From contig OZ244206.1 of NCBI GenBank assembly GCA_965216865.1, positions 967,745 through 1,031,744 of the forward strand: DNA of 64,000 nt, written 5' to 3'. Each line of letters starts with the position of its first letter. Within the stretch, counting starts at the first letter, position 1. Positions 33,679 through 43,501 of this stretch are shown piece after piece. Made by a program: the position numbers and the translations under genes. Under the pieces are notes generated by a model. That model was not told the DNA's origin. It worked only from the letters and a program-made list of their open reading frames with translations, and did no database searches. This DNA comes from Phycisphaerales bacterium. Its GTDB lineage: Bacteria > Planctomycetota > Phycisphaerae > Phycisphaerales > UBA1924.

Positions 33679-34281
33679 TTAGTGCTTCCGATCGCCCAAC
33701 TCACCCGCGAGCAGCGCATCGAGCTCATCCGCATCGAGCACATCGCGGGAACTCAGGGGAGCCGCGGGCTTTGCGGGGGTCGGATTTGGGGTGGGTGTCG
33801 ATTGCACGGTTGATTCAGGATTGGGTTCTGGGTTGGGGTCGGGTTTCAGCTCGTGGTCGTTGTGGCCAACGAGGCGCAGCGGCGTGGGTGCTGTGTCTGA
33901 ACTTGCCACGCTCGATATGCTCTGCGTGGGTTCGCGGGTCTTCCTGGGTTGTACGAGCGGGATGAGCGGCGGGTTCGCGCCCGGTTCGTGTGCCCAGCAG
34001 AGAACCTGAGGCATAAATCGTTCGATGGATGCGATCATGCGATCGACATCGTGGAGCTCATCGCGGGTATCGAGGACGATCACAGTGCGTTTCGCGCTCT
34101 TGGAAGCCCGTTGAGCGGCCGCAAACGCGGTGTGCGCGTCTTCAGCATCGACAATCGTCATCCCCTTGTTGTTCAAGGCTTTGAGGAGACTCGGTGCGGG
34201 TGCACGATCAACCGGGTGCCAGACAATGCATGCTTGGGCGTCCTTGAGCGGGTCGTGTTTGGGCGTTTCAGAGTCCTTCAT
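33679..34281 (-). CDS. hypothetical protein with receiver-like N-terminal half and Pro-rich tail
   Basis: The 200-aa ORF lies directly after murG. It has an alpha/beta-like pattern (...TVIVLDTRDEL...), but I recognise no family. Confidence 0.5.
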   Translation of the reverse strand: MKDSETPKHDPLKDAQACIVWHPVDRAPAPSLLKALNNKGMTIVDAEDAHTAFAAAQRASKSAKRTVIVLDTRDELHDVDRMIASIERFMPQVLCWAHEPGANPPLIPLVQPRKTREPTQSISSVASSDTAPTPLRLVGHNDHELKPDPNPEPNPESTVQSTPTPNPTPAKPAAPLSSRDVLDADELDALLAGELGDRKH

Positions 34282-34381
34282 CGGCGTATGTACAGTGTAC
34301 CGCGCGATGGGCGAAAAACACCCATCTTCACAGGGTTGTTGGACAAATGGCGCTTCGGTTTTGCGATGGGTCCGAGAACCT

Positions 34382-35515
34382 TTATTGTGTGTTCACAAGA
34401 GCTTGTGCGATCCGGGATGCACCGTCGGGTTCGCCGAGCGACTTGAGTGCGGACCGCATGCGGTCCCGCCGCTCGGGGTTGGTCAGCAGATCGGCGAGGA
34501 TGTCGGCATAAGCGCGGAGGTTTGACGCAGGATCGACTCGATCCGTGCATGCGACGGCGCCCTCGATGCGGAGTAGCGGCTTGGCGTTATGGAGTTGGTG
34601 CTCGTCCTTGTGGTATGGATACGGGAAGAACATTGAGGGGAGCTGTGCGCCCCAGCATTCGGCGACCGTCCCGGCGCCGCAACGCCCGATCCCCATATCC
34701 GCCGCCGCGTATGCCGCTCCCATGTCGTCGATGTAGTGCTCGACCCACGCGTGGGTGTCCGCATGTCGATAGCTTGCGCGGAGTTGGCTGAGCTCGTCGT
34801 CGGAGATCTGCTTGCCCGTTTGATGGATGATCTGCCAACCTCTTAAGGATTCTGGGTATGCGTCGGAGAATGCGGCGAGGAACCGGTTGAGTGATTGCGC
34901 GCCTGTGGAGCCGCCGGTGATGAGGAGGGTGTTGGTGTTCGGGTCGAGACCGAAGCGTGCGCGTGCCTCGGGGTGTTCGATGTGTTTGATGGTGGATGCA
35001 CGCACGATCGGGGGGACGCGTTTCCACGCCGGGTGTCCCGCGATGTCGCAGGCGCTGAAGATGGCGTGCGCCTTGCGTGCGATCAGCTCGTTGGCCTTGC
35101 CCGGGACCGCATCGAGATTGACGAGCACGACGCGGCATTTCTCACAATGTCCCGCACGGGCCGCGGGCGCGGCGACGAACCCCCCCATCGCGATCAGGAC
35201 GACGCGATCGTGCGTTTGTTTGAGTCGGCGGATGGTCTCGCGTGTCTGTCGCACGCTCGGGCCCCATGAGGGGATGAACCTCAGAATCGCTTTGGGTCGT
35301 GAGCCGAAGGGCTTGGCGGGGATTGGTGCGAAGGGAATGTCGAGGGGCTCGAGGATAGCGCGATCGTTGGGTCGATCGGAGATGAGGAGTTCGCAGTGGG
35401 CGCTGGGGGCGATGGCGCGGAGTTGTTCGATGATCGCGAGGGCGGGATAGATGTGCCCGCCGGTGCCGCCGCCTGCGAAGAGGTAGGCGCTCGATGGGGC
35501 GGGTCGATCCGTCAT
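34382..35515 (-). CDS. murG: undecaprenyldiphospho-muramoylpentapeptide beta-N-acetylglucosaminyltransferase
   Basis: LFAGGGTGGHIYPALAI and LITGGSTGA are present. It overlaps ftsW by 4 nt (ATGA). Confidence 0.92.
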   Translation of the reverse strand: MTDRPAPSSAYLFAGGGTGGHIYPALAIIEQLRAIAPSAHCELLISDRPNDRAILEPLDIPFAPIPAKPFGSRPKAILRFIPSWGPSVRQTRETIRRLKQTHDRVVLIAMGGFVAAPAARAGHCEKCRVVLVNLDAVPGKANELIARKAHAIFSACDIAGHPAWKRVPPIVRASTIKHIEHPEARARFGLDPNTNTLLITGGSTGAQSLNRFLAAFSDAYPESLRGWQIIHQTGKQISDDELSQLRASYRHADTHAWVEHYIDDMGAAYAAADMGIGRCGAGTVAECWGAQLPSMFFPYPYHKDEHQLHNAKPLLRIEGAVACTDRVDPASNLRAYADILADLLTNPERRDRMRSALKSLGEPDGASRIAQALVNTQ

Positions 35516-37080
35516 GAGAACAGATCGGCGCGCTGCGACTCGTCTTCGGAGTACCCGGCGCTGCGGGCGCTGTTTGATGCGAGCTCGGGTTCTGGCTCGG
35601 TTGATTCCTCGCGGGCACTCATGCGATCACGGAGTCGCGCGATGATCCCGGGTGCGCGATCGGGTTCGGACTCGCCGAACAGCTCGGAGAACTCGTCGTC
35701 GTGGATCTCTGGTTCGGGCTGGGGCTCTTCGAAAGACGCGTACTCCGTCGTGGTGGTGGACGCGATGGGTGCGTCGAAGAGCACCGCCCGGTCCGCGACG
35801 GTTGGCTTTGCCTCGATGATCGAGCCACGCGATGCGCGGATGGCAAAGTCTGCGGCGTCGTCGTCGTGGACATGGTCGACATAGAGGGCGCTGTACTCCT
35901 GGGTGCGTTCGATGGAGACGATGAGCCCGAGCATGAACGCGGTCATGATCCAGCCGGTGCCGCCGGAGGACATGAGGGGGAGGGCGATGCCCTTGGTTGG
36001 GCCGAGCCCTGTGACGACGACGAGGTTGATCAGGGCCTGAATCGCGAAGGTCGCGATGACGCCGAGCACGATGAGTTGGAGCGGCTTGCAACGCTCTCGC
36101 ATGGCGATGCTGGTGCCGGTCCAGACGATGCCGGCGTAGGCGCTGATGACGATGACCGCGCCGATGAGGCCGAGTTCTTCGCAGACGACGGCGAAGAGGA
36201 AGTCGGTTGTGTCCTCGGGGAGGTAGCCGAACTTCTGGAGCCCGTTTCCGAGCCCGCGACCAAAGATGCCGCCGCCGGCAACGGTGGACATGGACTGGAT
36301 CATGTGGTAGCCGTCGCCCGCGGGGTCGGCGTAGGGGTTGAGGAAGGTGGTGATGCGGGTGACGCGGTATGGGGCTGCGATGATCGCGCCAACGAGGCCG
36401 AGCAGGGCAAAGGGGATGAAGGCGGCAAAGTGGGCCCAGCGAGCGCCCCCGGCAAGGAGCACGATGGCGGTCGCCATGAGCATCAGGGCCCCGGTTCCAA
36501 GGTCTTCCTTGATCACGACCGTTGCTACGAGACCAGCACAAAGACACACAGGCAGCAACCCTGAGAAGAACTTCTTGAGCTTGTGGCCCTTATAGGAGCC
36601 CAGTCGGGCGGCATACCACGCGACGAGGATGATGATGACCCACTTGGCGATTTCCGAGGGCTGGACCGATTCGAGACCCGGCACATGGAGGTTGATCCAG
36701 CGTGCCGAGCCGTTGTTGACGCGGGCGATGCCCGGCACATAGACGAGCAGGAGCATCCCGATGAGCATCAGGGATCCGATGATGAGCACGCCCATGTCGC
36801 CGCCGGGCCTGAACCAGACGACGCGTTCGAGGCGGTTTGCGACGCGGCGTACCGGCAATCGGGTCGCGATGCCCATCGCAATGACGGAGAGGAGGAGGTA
36901 GAGACTGGTGCGAGAGGTGAGCAGCGACTTGATGCTGACGCCGGAGACGGCGGCGGCGGCGGTCGGGTCGGCGTCCGGTGCGAGCGGACGCACGGACATC
37001 CCAGCGCTCTGGACCATCACGACACCGATCGTGAGGAGGACGAGCGCGCACAACATGACAACATGACCGCTGCGGACCAT
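35512..37080 (-). CDS. ftsW: FtsW/RodA/SpoVE-family peptidoglycan glycosyltransferase with an acidic ~150-aa C-terminal extension
   Basis: The SEDS signatures DLGTGALM, PEDTTDFLFAVVCEELG and PLMSSGGT are present. The start is set at MVRSGH (37080). Confidence 0.88.
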   Translation of the reverse strand: MVRSGHVVMLCALVLLTIGVVMVQSAGMSVRPLAPDADPTAAAAVSGVSIKSLLTSRTSLYLLLSVIAMGIATRLPVRRVANRLERVVWFRPGGDMGVLIIGSLMLIGMLLLVYVPGIARVNNGSARWINLHVPGLESVQPSEIAKWVIIILVAWYAARLGSYKGHKLKKFFSGLLPVCLCAGLVATVVIKEDLGTGALMLMATAIVLLAGGARWAHFAAFIPFALLGLVGAIIAAPYRVTRITTFLNPYADPAGDGYHMIQSMSTVAGGGIFGRGLGNGLQKFGYLPEDTTDFLFAVVCEELGLIGAVIVISAYAGIVWTGTSIAMRERCKPLQLIVLGVIATFAIQALINLVVVTGLGPTKGIALPLMSSGGTGWIMTAFMLGLIVSIERTQEYSALYVDHVHDDDAADFAIRASRGSIIEAKPTVADRAVLFDAPIASTTTTEYASFEEPQPEPEIHDDEFSELFGESEPDRAPGIIARLRDRMSAREESTEPEPELASNSARSAGYSEDESQRADLFS

Positions 37081-37158
37081 GAACACCTCATCGGCACAAG
37101 GAACGAATCGGAATGAGAATTGGGGAGGGGTTGTAGACGCGAACAGATCATGAATCAA

Positions 37159-37191
37159 CCGGATTCAGGGGGCTGTGACCCCGGAATCCGG
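37159..37191 (-). terminator. strong hairpin between the GNAT gene and ftsW (possible terminator or attenuator)
   Basis: CCGGATTCAGGGGG-CTGTGA-CCCCGGAATCCGG gives about 12 bp of pairing. The downstream T-tract is weak. Confidence 0.35.
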
Positions 37192-37255
37192 GCGAATCGG
37201 GTGCATCTGCGTCATGGATAACGGGTTGCGATCCGGAGGGAATCTGCACAAATTT

Positions 37256-37720
37256 TCAGGGTTCGAGCGTGCGCGTCATGAAGACGCTGTTGGGGTCTTC
37301 TTTGTATAACGCGAATGCGGCGCATGGAGCGAATCCGAAGCGCTCATAGAGCGCGCGGGCGGGGGCGAAGTGGTGCTGCGATCCTGTTTCGAGACTGATG
37401 CGGGTGAACTGTTTCTGCCGCGCGTGATCGATGATGTGCGCAAGCAGCGCGGCGGCGACGCCCCTGCGCCGGTGCGCTGGGTCGGTCCGCATGGACTTGA
37501 TCTCGGCGTGGGTTGGATCGAGTGTGAGCAAGGCGCCGCAACCCATGAGTGCGCCGTCGTTGTCACGCACGGACCAGAAGGTGATCTCGGGGATGCGGAG
37601 GGCGTCGATGTCGAGGGCGTGCTTGCTCTCGGGCGGGGAGATGGATCGCATCTCGTCGAGGTGTTGATTGAGCAGGGCGGTGATGTCGGGGGTGGCGGGG
37701 TCTTGGGGGAGAATGTGCAT
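37256..37720 (-). CDS. GNAT-family N-acetyltransferase
   Basis: HRRRGVAAALLAHIIDHARQ... and ARALYERFGF are present. The start is set at MHILPQD. Confidence 0.8.
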   Translation of the reverse strand: MHILPQDPATPDITALLNQHLDEMRSISPPESKHALDIDALRIPEITFWSVRDNDGALMGCGALLTLDPTHAEIKSMRTDPAHRRRGVAAALLAHIIDHARQKQFTRISLETGSQHHFAPARALYERFGFAPCAAFALYKEDPNSVFMTRTLEP

Positions 37721-37743
37721 GGCGATCAAGATACATCGGAGAT

Positions 37744-37878
37744 GGGTGCCCTGCTTTGACCCGGAGGGCAAAGCAGGTTGTCGGGGGCCGTCCGTTCCTG
37801 CACTCGTCGCGATTGGTTGTTGGAAAGACCCCCTCCGTCACGCTGCGCGTGACACCTCCCCCGCAAGCGCGGGGGAGG
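37744..37878 (-). repeat. A-B composite repeat module (A 37829-37878; truncated B 37744-37800)
   Basis: The A unit begins 9 nt after the rimO stop, read on the minus strand. B retains one terminal repeat and the inner GGAGGGCAAAGCAGG core. Confidence 0.85.
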
Positions 37879-37886
37879 CGAATCGG

Positions 37887-39581
37887 TCAGGCGAGGGGGA
37901 GGGAGACCTTGCGTTCGAGTTCTTCGACGGGGACGGCGATGAGGTCGTAGCCGTCGGCGGCGACGACGGTGCAGCGGACCAGTTCGCCGGAAGCCAGCGG
38001 GTTCTTGCTGATCACATGCGTCGTCGCGTCGATCTGGGGGGCCTGGAAGTAGGTGCGTCCGGCGTAGAGGGTGCCGCCTCGGGAGACGCCGGGGGTTGCT
38101 TCGACCTGGTTGCCGGTGTCCTTGTCGATGATGATGTCGAACTGGGCGCCGGACTGCGTGGGCTTGGTTTCGTCGAACTGCTCGGCGATGAACTCGGCCT
38201 GCCCGAAGGCGATTTGCTGCTGCACTTCCATAATCTCGTCGTGGCGCTGCTGCTTGATGTGCGCGGGGACGGCGAGCTCGGAGTCCTCTTCCATGCGACC
38301 TGCGACGGTGCCGGGCTCTTTGGAGTACTGGAAGCACCCGACGGCGTCGAACTGGACCTCTTCGATGAAGTCGAGGAGTTCCTGGTGGTCCTGATCGGTC
38401 TCGCCGGGGAAGCCGGTGATGAAGGTGGTGCGGATGGCCATGCCGGGGATGCGCTCGCGGAGCTTGTGACACAGCTCGGTCTGGTGGGTGCTGGTGACAT
38501 TGCGGCGCATGAGTTCGAGCACGCGATCGGAGCCGTGCTGGAGGGGGATGTCCAGATAGGGGAGCAGATTGCCCTTGTCGGCCAGCTCGGCGAAGGCGTC
38601 GATGATCTCATCGCTGAAGTAGGTCGGGTACGCGTACATCATGCGCAGCCAGCCACGCCCGATCTCCTCGGTGACGGCGGCGTCGAGGTTCCGCAGCAGC
38701 TTGGGGAGCCCGGCTCGGAACTTGTCAGCACCTTCGACCTGTCCGAGCCCGACGCCGATGTCGTCGCCGTAGCTTGTGGTGTCCTGCCCGATCATGAGCA
38801 TTTCGAAGGCACCGTCGCGCATCAGCTCGCGTGCTTCCTCGATGATGCGGTCTTCGGGCTTGGAGCGCATCTTGCCTCGGATGGAGGGGATGGTGCAGAA
38901 GGCGCAGTTCTGGTTGCAGCCCTCGGAGATGCGAAGGTAGGCGTAGTGGCGCGGGGTGAGTCGGAGTCGGGCGTTGTCGGACTCGTAGTAGCCGATGCCC
39001 TTGCCGTCCTTGCCCGAAACGGTGAGCCCGACGGTGTTGAGCCCCTTGGCGTCGGCGCTGGTGAGGGCGTTGGCGTTGATCCAGTACTTGGGTACTTCTT
39101 CGAGGGTCTCGCGCTCGGACTTGACGCCCCGGACGGCTTCGATGATGTGCTCGCGGTCGAAGACCCCCACCATGGAGTCGATCCCCGGCGCCCAATCGAG
39201 CATCTTGGCGCGGTGGCGCTGCACGAGGCAGCCCGCGACGACGACGCGTTTGATCTTGCCCTGCTCTTTGAGTTTGACGGCTTCTTCGATGACGCCGAGC
39301 GATTCCTGCTTGGAGGCCTCGAGGAACCCGCAGGTGTTGATGACGACGGCGTCGGCGGGCGTGACGCGCCCGGAGGTGGCGCTCGAGTCCTGCTCGGACC
39401 CGGAGAGCGAGAGGTCGTCGTGCTCCTGATCCTCGATGGCCTCTGCGGAGACGGGCATGAGCCCATCGGCGGCGAGGAGCCCGAGCATCTTCTCGGAGTC
39501 GACGAGGTTCTTGGGGCAGCCGAGCGAGACGAAGGAGATGGTCTCGATAGCGTCGGGTTGGGTCTGGGTATCGGTGGGCAT
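37887..39581 (-). CDS. rimO: ribosomal protein S12 methylthiotransferase (radical SAM), with insertions
   Basis: ISFVSLGCPKNLVDSE, the radical-SAM motif CNQNCAFCTIP and a C-terminal TRAM-like region are present. At 564 aa it is longer than typical RimO. Confidence 0.85.
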   Translation of the reverse strand: MPTDTQTQPDAIETISFVSLGCPKNLVDSEKMLGLLAADGLMPVSAEAIEDQEHDDLSLSGSEQDSSATSGRVTPADAVVINTCGFLEASKQESLGVIEEAVKLKEQGKIKRVVVAGCLVQRHRAKMLDWAPGIDSMVGVFDREHIIEAVRGVKSERETLEEVPKYWINANALTSADAKGLNTVGLTVSGKDGKGIGYYESDNARLRLTPRHYAYLRISEGCNQNCAFCTIPSIRGKMRSKPEDRIIEEARELMRDGAFEMLMIGQDTTSYGDDIGVGLGQVEGADKFRAGLPKLLRNLDAAVTEEIGRGWLRMMYAYPTYFSDEIIDAFAELADKGNLLPYLDIPLQHGSDRVLELMRRNVTSTHQTELCHKLRERIPGMAIRTTFITGFPGETDQDHQELLDFIEEVQFDAVGCFQYSKEPGTVAGRMEEDSELAVPAHIKQQRHDEIMEVQQQIAFGQAEFIAEQFDETKPTQSGAQFDIIIDKDTGNQVEATPGVSRGGTLYAGRTYFQAPQIDATTHVISKNPLASGELVRCTVVAADGYDLIAVPVEELERKVSLPLA

Positions 39582-39731
39582 TGGGGGGAATGGTATGCCG
39601 GGGGTTTGGGGTGCTAGTGGTTTATGGGGAAAGACTTACCACGGGGCACATGGAGGGGATGCACAGAGGAGCATATGTCATTTTGGCTCTGCTTGGCTCC
39701 CGTGTAGCAGGTTGGGAATATCGTCTAGCTC

Positions 39732-40328
39732 ATGCCTCGTAAACCGGTCAAGATGATCTTCACACATATGGCGATGCTCACATCGCTTCCATGTGCGGAT
39801 CCCGTTCGTGATGAGAACGCGCGGACTATGACTTTTCACCAAACCATGTCACCGCGGTTTATCAAACGATCGATTCGTTGGCACGCATGGTGTTTGTTCT
39901 TTGGAGTTGCGATTCTTCTGTTTTACTTCTTGTTCAATGGGAAGGTCACTCACTCTGGCCCGAAATCAATCGGAATTCTCGCCTTTGCTGGTGTGTTTAT
40001 GGTGACCTACTGCATTGCGGCATTGGTATGGATATGGAAGATACAGAACCGTGAATACCGCGTCGAGATATCATCTTCAGGCAAGATCGAACTCAATGGC
40101 CAGGCACGCACCGACGCGTTGCTGACACTCTCAACGATCAAGATCTATGACGCGTGCAGGCTCGGCGAAAAGTTTCGTGAGATCGATGCACTCGTACTCA
40201 GCTCGAGGAACAAGGACTATGTCCTTTTCGCGCACGACGAACGCAGTGAGATTGAACAAGTCATTCAGCAACTATCTGTTCCGGTCATCCAGCCGAAGGA
40301 CACGCTCCATCTTTATGGGGTGCTTTGA
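39732..40328 (+). CDS. hypothetical two-TM protein in an AT-richer island
   Basis: The 198-aa ORF has two TM helices and then a soluble domain (EYRVEISSSGKIELNG...). The start is uncertain and I recognise no family. Confidence 0.45.
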   Translation: MPRKPVKMIFTHMAMLTSLPCADPVRDENARTMTFHQTMSPRFIKRSIRWHAWCLFFGVAILLFYFLFNGKVTHSGPKSIGILAFAGVFMVTYCIAALVWIWKIQNREYRVEISSSGKIELNGQARTDALLTLSTIKIYDACRLGEKFREIDALVLSSRNKDYVLFAHDERSEIEQVIQQLSVPVIQPKDTLHLYGVL

Positions 40329-40798
40329 ATCGACTGGACATCGCCTGCTGCCTGAATCTCATCCAGCTCCGCTTTGAGGCGATCGGCGATGAGTTCGGCG
40401 GCGGCTTTGTTACCGAAAGCGCCGGCGTTGATTTTGACTTCGACCATGACGCTCGTGAGGGGGCGGGTCTCGATGGTGACGAGGTGGCCTCGGTCGGATT
40501 CGATGGACCACCATCGCCCGTTGAGGTCGTCCTCGGGAGCATCGCGGAGTTTGGTTTCGTCGATGGTCAGGTCGAGGCGTTTGATTGTGAGCCGGACGGC
40601 CTGGTTCATCTGCTGCGTGGTTCCCTCGTCGACATAGGTGAGCTTCCCTGAACTCCAGAAGCTGTATCCCGCCTCGCCAGCCTTGCCTGCGGCCGCACTC
40701 GCTGAGACGAGCGGGACGGCGGCGGCGCAGGCGGGGAGGGTGAGGGCGGTGGCGGTAAGGAGGAGCAGGGTGGATGTGGTGCGGATGATGGGATGCAT
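40313..40798 (-). CDS. lipoprotein, DUF3568-like
   Basis: A lipobox (LTLPAC) is present. GKLTYVDEGTTQQMNQAVRLTIKRLDL...VMVEVKINAGAFGNKAAAELI fits DUF3568 as I recall it. Confidence 0.55.
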   Translation of the reverse strand: MHPIIRTTSTLLLLTATALTLPACAAAVPLVSASAAAGKAGEAGYSFWSSGKLTYVDEGTTQQMNQAVRLTIKRLDLTIDETKLRDAPEDDLNGRWWSIESDRGHLVTIETRPLTSVMVEVKINAGAFGNKAAAELIADRLKAELDEIQAAGDVQSIQSTP

Positions 40799-40840
40799 GG
40801 GGGATTGTTGGGGGTGAATGGAGTGGAGTCATGTGGTTGT

Positions 40841-41011
40841 GGGTGCCCTGCTTTGACCAGGAGGGCAAAGCAGGTCTTTGGGTGACACCCGTTCCTGCTT
40901 TGTTCCGCCATAGGCGGACTCAAAGCAGGGCACCCGGAGTGGTTGGTGTTTGGAAGACCCCCTCCGTCTTCGGCTGCGCCGAATCCACCTCCCCCGCAAG
41001 CGCGGGGAAGG
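40841..41011 (-). repeat. A-B composite repeat module (A 40958-41011; full B 40841-40935)
   Basis: The A unit begins 8 nt after the atoE stop, read on the minus strand. B has both 16-nt terminal repeats and both inner cores. Confidence 0.85.
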
Positions 41012-41018
41012 AGAGGGT

Positions 41019-42412
41019 TTAGAACAGCAGCAACCCGAGCACCATCCATGCGGCAACGACCATCATCACGACGGCGGTGTAGCCGACGATCTCCCTTGCC
41101 TTGACCTTGGTGATCGCGAGCAACGGCAATGCCCAGAAAGGTTGGAGCATGTTGGTGAGCTGATCGCCGTACGCAACGGCCATGATCATTTTGGCGGGGG
41201 CGACGCCGACCTCGGCGCCGGTTTGGAGCGCGATGGGGCCCTGGATGCCCCATTGCCCGCCGCCGGAGGGGACGAAGACATTGACGATGGCGGCGCTGAG
41301 CATGGTGAACATCGGCGCGGTGGTCTCGTTGGCGACGGAGCCCATGAACTGGGAGAAGTCGCTCACGAGCCCGCTGCTGGCGAGCATGCCCATGATCCCG
41401 GCGTAGAGGGGAAACTGGAGGATGATGCCCGCACAACCACGCGCGCCATTCTCGGCGGCGCGGAGGTAGGAGCGGACGGAGCCGTGCATGACCAGCCCGA
41501 GGGCGAGCATGAGCGTGTTGACCTCGTTTGGGCCCAGCGACATGAAGCCCTGCTTGGTCGAGAAGCGGGTGAACGCCCAGAGCAGCATCAATGCCAGTGC
41601 CCAGACGACGATGGGTGAGCGTTCGATCCAATCCGGAAACCCGACGGGGCGTCCGCGTTGTTTGGTTCGGGTGTGCTGGACTCGTCACCGAGCGGCATGG
41701 GCGTGATTTCGTCGTCGTGCTTTGGTGTGAGGAGGAAGAGCACGATGGGGATGAGGACGAGCATGCCGCCGGAGACAAAGAGGTTCATGGGGCTGAGGAT
41801 GGTGTCGCTGATGGGCACGGCGCCGGTCTCGAGCGATTCGTAGATGCTTGTTGGGAGGACATCGCGTGCCTGGGTTTCGGTGGACATCTTGAGCGGAGCG
41901 GAGCCGGAGAATCCGCCGTGGAAGGTGAGGAGCCCCATATATCCTGCGGCGGCGAGGAGCGGGCCGTGGACTTTGATGCCCTTGGACGCGCACACCCTGG
42001 CCACCTCGCGGGCGAAGAGTGCGCCGACGATGAGCCCGAGTCCCCAGTTGATGAGCCCCAGCCCCCCGGCGATGAGCCCGACGAGTGCCGCGGCTGATGG
42101 CGCGGCGTTTGGAAGCCCCGCGAGCTTTTCGATCATGGTCTGCACGGGCTTTGAAGCGGCAAGCGCGTGACCCGTGACGAGGATGAGGCACATCTGCATG
42201 CCGAACCTGAGGAACTTCCAGAGCCCGTCCGTGCCCCGCCAGGCATCGATCATGGCGTTGGCTTTCTGCGGGATTGTCTCTGCGCCGGGGTAGGTGCCAA
42301 GCGTCAGCGCGAGGATCGCGGAGAGCAGGGTGAGCCCGACGGCGATGACGAAGGGATCGGGGGCCGTTTTCGTGAAAACGCGGGTCAGTACGCGGCCGAG
42401 CGATGCGATCAT
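41019..42412 (-). pseudogene. atoE: short-chain fatty acid transporter (AtoE family) interrupted by a -1 frameshift
   Basis: ORF 41588-42412 (MIASLGRVLTRVF...) and ORF 41019-41591 are the N- and C-terminal halves. In the other frame the junction reads ...FPDWIERSPIVVWALALMLLWAF..., continuing straight into the downstream ORF. Confidence 0.7.
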
Positions 42413-42522
42413 GCGGGGTTTCCCTGTAATGGAATAGTGTCGTGCAAACTCGTGTTCCTGATTATGCCAGATCGCGTGTGATCTTGCAGGTATCCGCACC
42501 GATCGACCTAGACTTGCCGCTC

Positions 42523-43500
42523 ATGTCTGACGCACCTCCCCCCCCGATCTCCGATGAGCAGTACCCAAATCGGGGCAAAGGGATCGCGTACGCGGCCGGC
42601 GCGTTCGGCTGGTGGGCGTTTATCGTGCCCAGCTACTTCAAGCTGCTGTCGGTGCACCATGCGAACCCGTTTGAGATCCTGGCGCAGCGGGTGCTGTTTG
42701 GGATCCCGATTCTGTTGCTGATGCTCGCGTTGAGCCGGAAGCTCGGCGAGTTCATGAAGGCCGCGACACAGTGGGCATCGCTCAAGGTGCTGATCCCGAG
42801 CACCGGGCTGATCGCGATCAACTGGTTCTTCTTTATCTACGCGGTCTCGACGGATCGGTTGAGCCACGCGTCGCTGGGCTACTACATTAACCCGCTGTTC
42901 TCGATCGCGCTGGGGTTCCTGTTCCTTGGTGAGCGTCCGCGTCCTGTGCAATGGGGCTCAATCGTTCTTGCTTGCACCGCGGTGCTCGTGATGGCATACG
43001 CGGAGCTCAACGGCGCGGATTCGAAGGGGTTTCCGTGGTTGTCGATCCTGCTCCCAGCGAGCTTTGGGACCTACGGGCTCTTGCGGAAGCAGGCGAATGT
43101 GGGACCGAGTGTTGGGTTGACTTTCGAGATGATGCTGCTTCTGCCGGTTTGCGTGGGATTGGTGATCTGGCTCGGGCGAACGGGCGATGGGATCTTCCTC
43201 GCTCAAGACACGGAGCTCTGGGTGTCGTTGATCATGATCCTTGGCGGGATCGTCACGATCGTGCCTCTGATCTGCTTTACGAACGCGGTCAAGCTCCTCC
43301 CGTTGAGCACGGTCGGGTTGTTGCAGTACACGGCACCGACTGGTCAGTTGTTGTTGTCCGTCGTGTTCTTCGGCGAGCACTTCACCCCGATGAAGTTCGC
43401 AGCGTTCGCGATCATCTGGGTCGCGGTCGGGATCTACTCGTGGGATATGCTCCGCGGGCATCGCGAGGCGAAAGCGGCGAAGACTGAGTTGCTTGAGTAG
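42523..43500 (+). CDS. rarD: EamA-family transporter RarD
   Basis: There are ten TM helices. GKGIAYAAGAFGWWAFIVPSYFKLL and ASLGYYINPLFSI are typical of RarD. Confidence 0.8.
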   Translation: MSDAPPPPISDEQYPNRGKGIAYAAGAFGWWAFIVPSYFKLLSVHHANPFEILAQRVLFGIPILLLMLALSRKLGEFMKAATQWASLKVLIPSTGLIAINWFFFIYAVSTDRLSHASLGYYINPLFSIALGFLFLGERPRPVQWGSIVLACTAVLVMAYAELNGADSKGFPWLSILLPASFGTYGLLRKQANVGPSVGLTFEMMLLLPVCVGLVIWLGRTGDGIFLAQDTELWVSLIMILGGIVTIVPLICFTNAVKLLPLSTVGLLQYTAPTGQLLLSVVFFGEHFTPMKFAAFAIIWVAVGIYSWDMLRGHREAKAAKTELLE

Positions 43501-43501
43501 T

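Noticed and set aside
41019-42499. Treating 41588-42499 and 41019-41591 as two separate genes.
   Set aside because: Both are halves of one AtoE-type transporter, and the alternative frame bridges them seamlessly. The first 29 codons of the 42499 start are also unlikely, because MIASLGRVLTRVF is the family-typical N-terminus.
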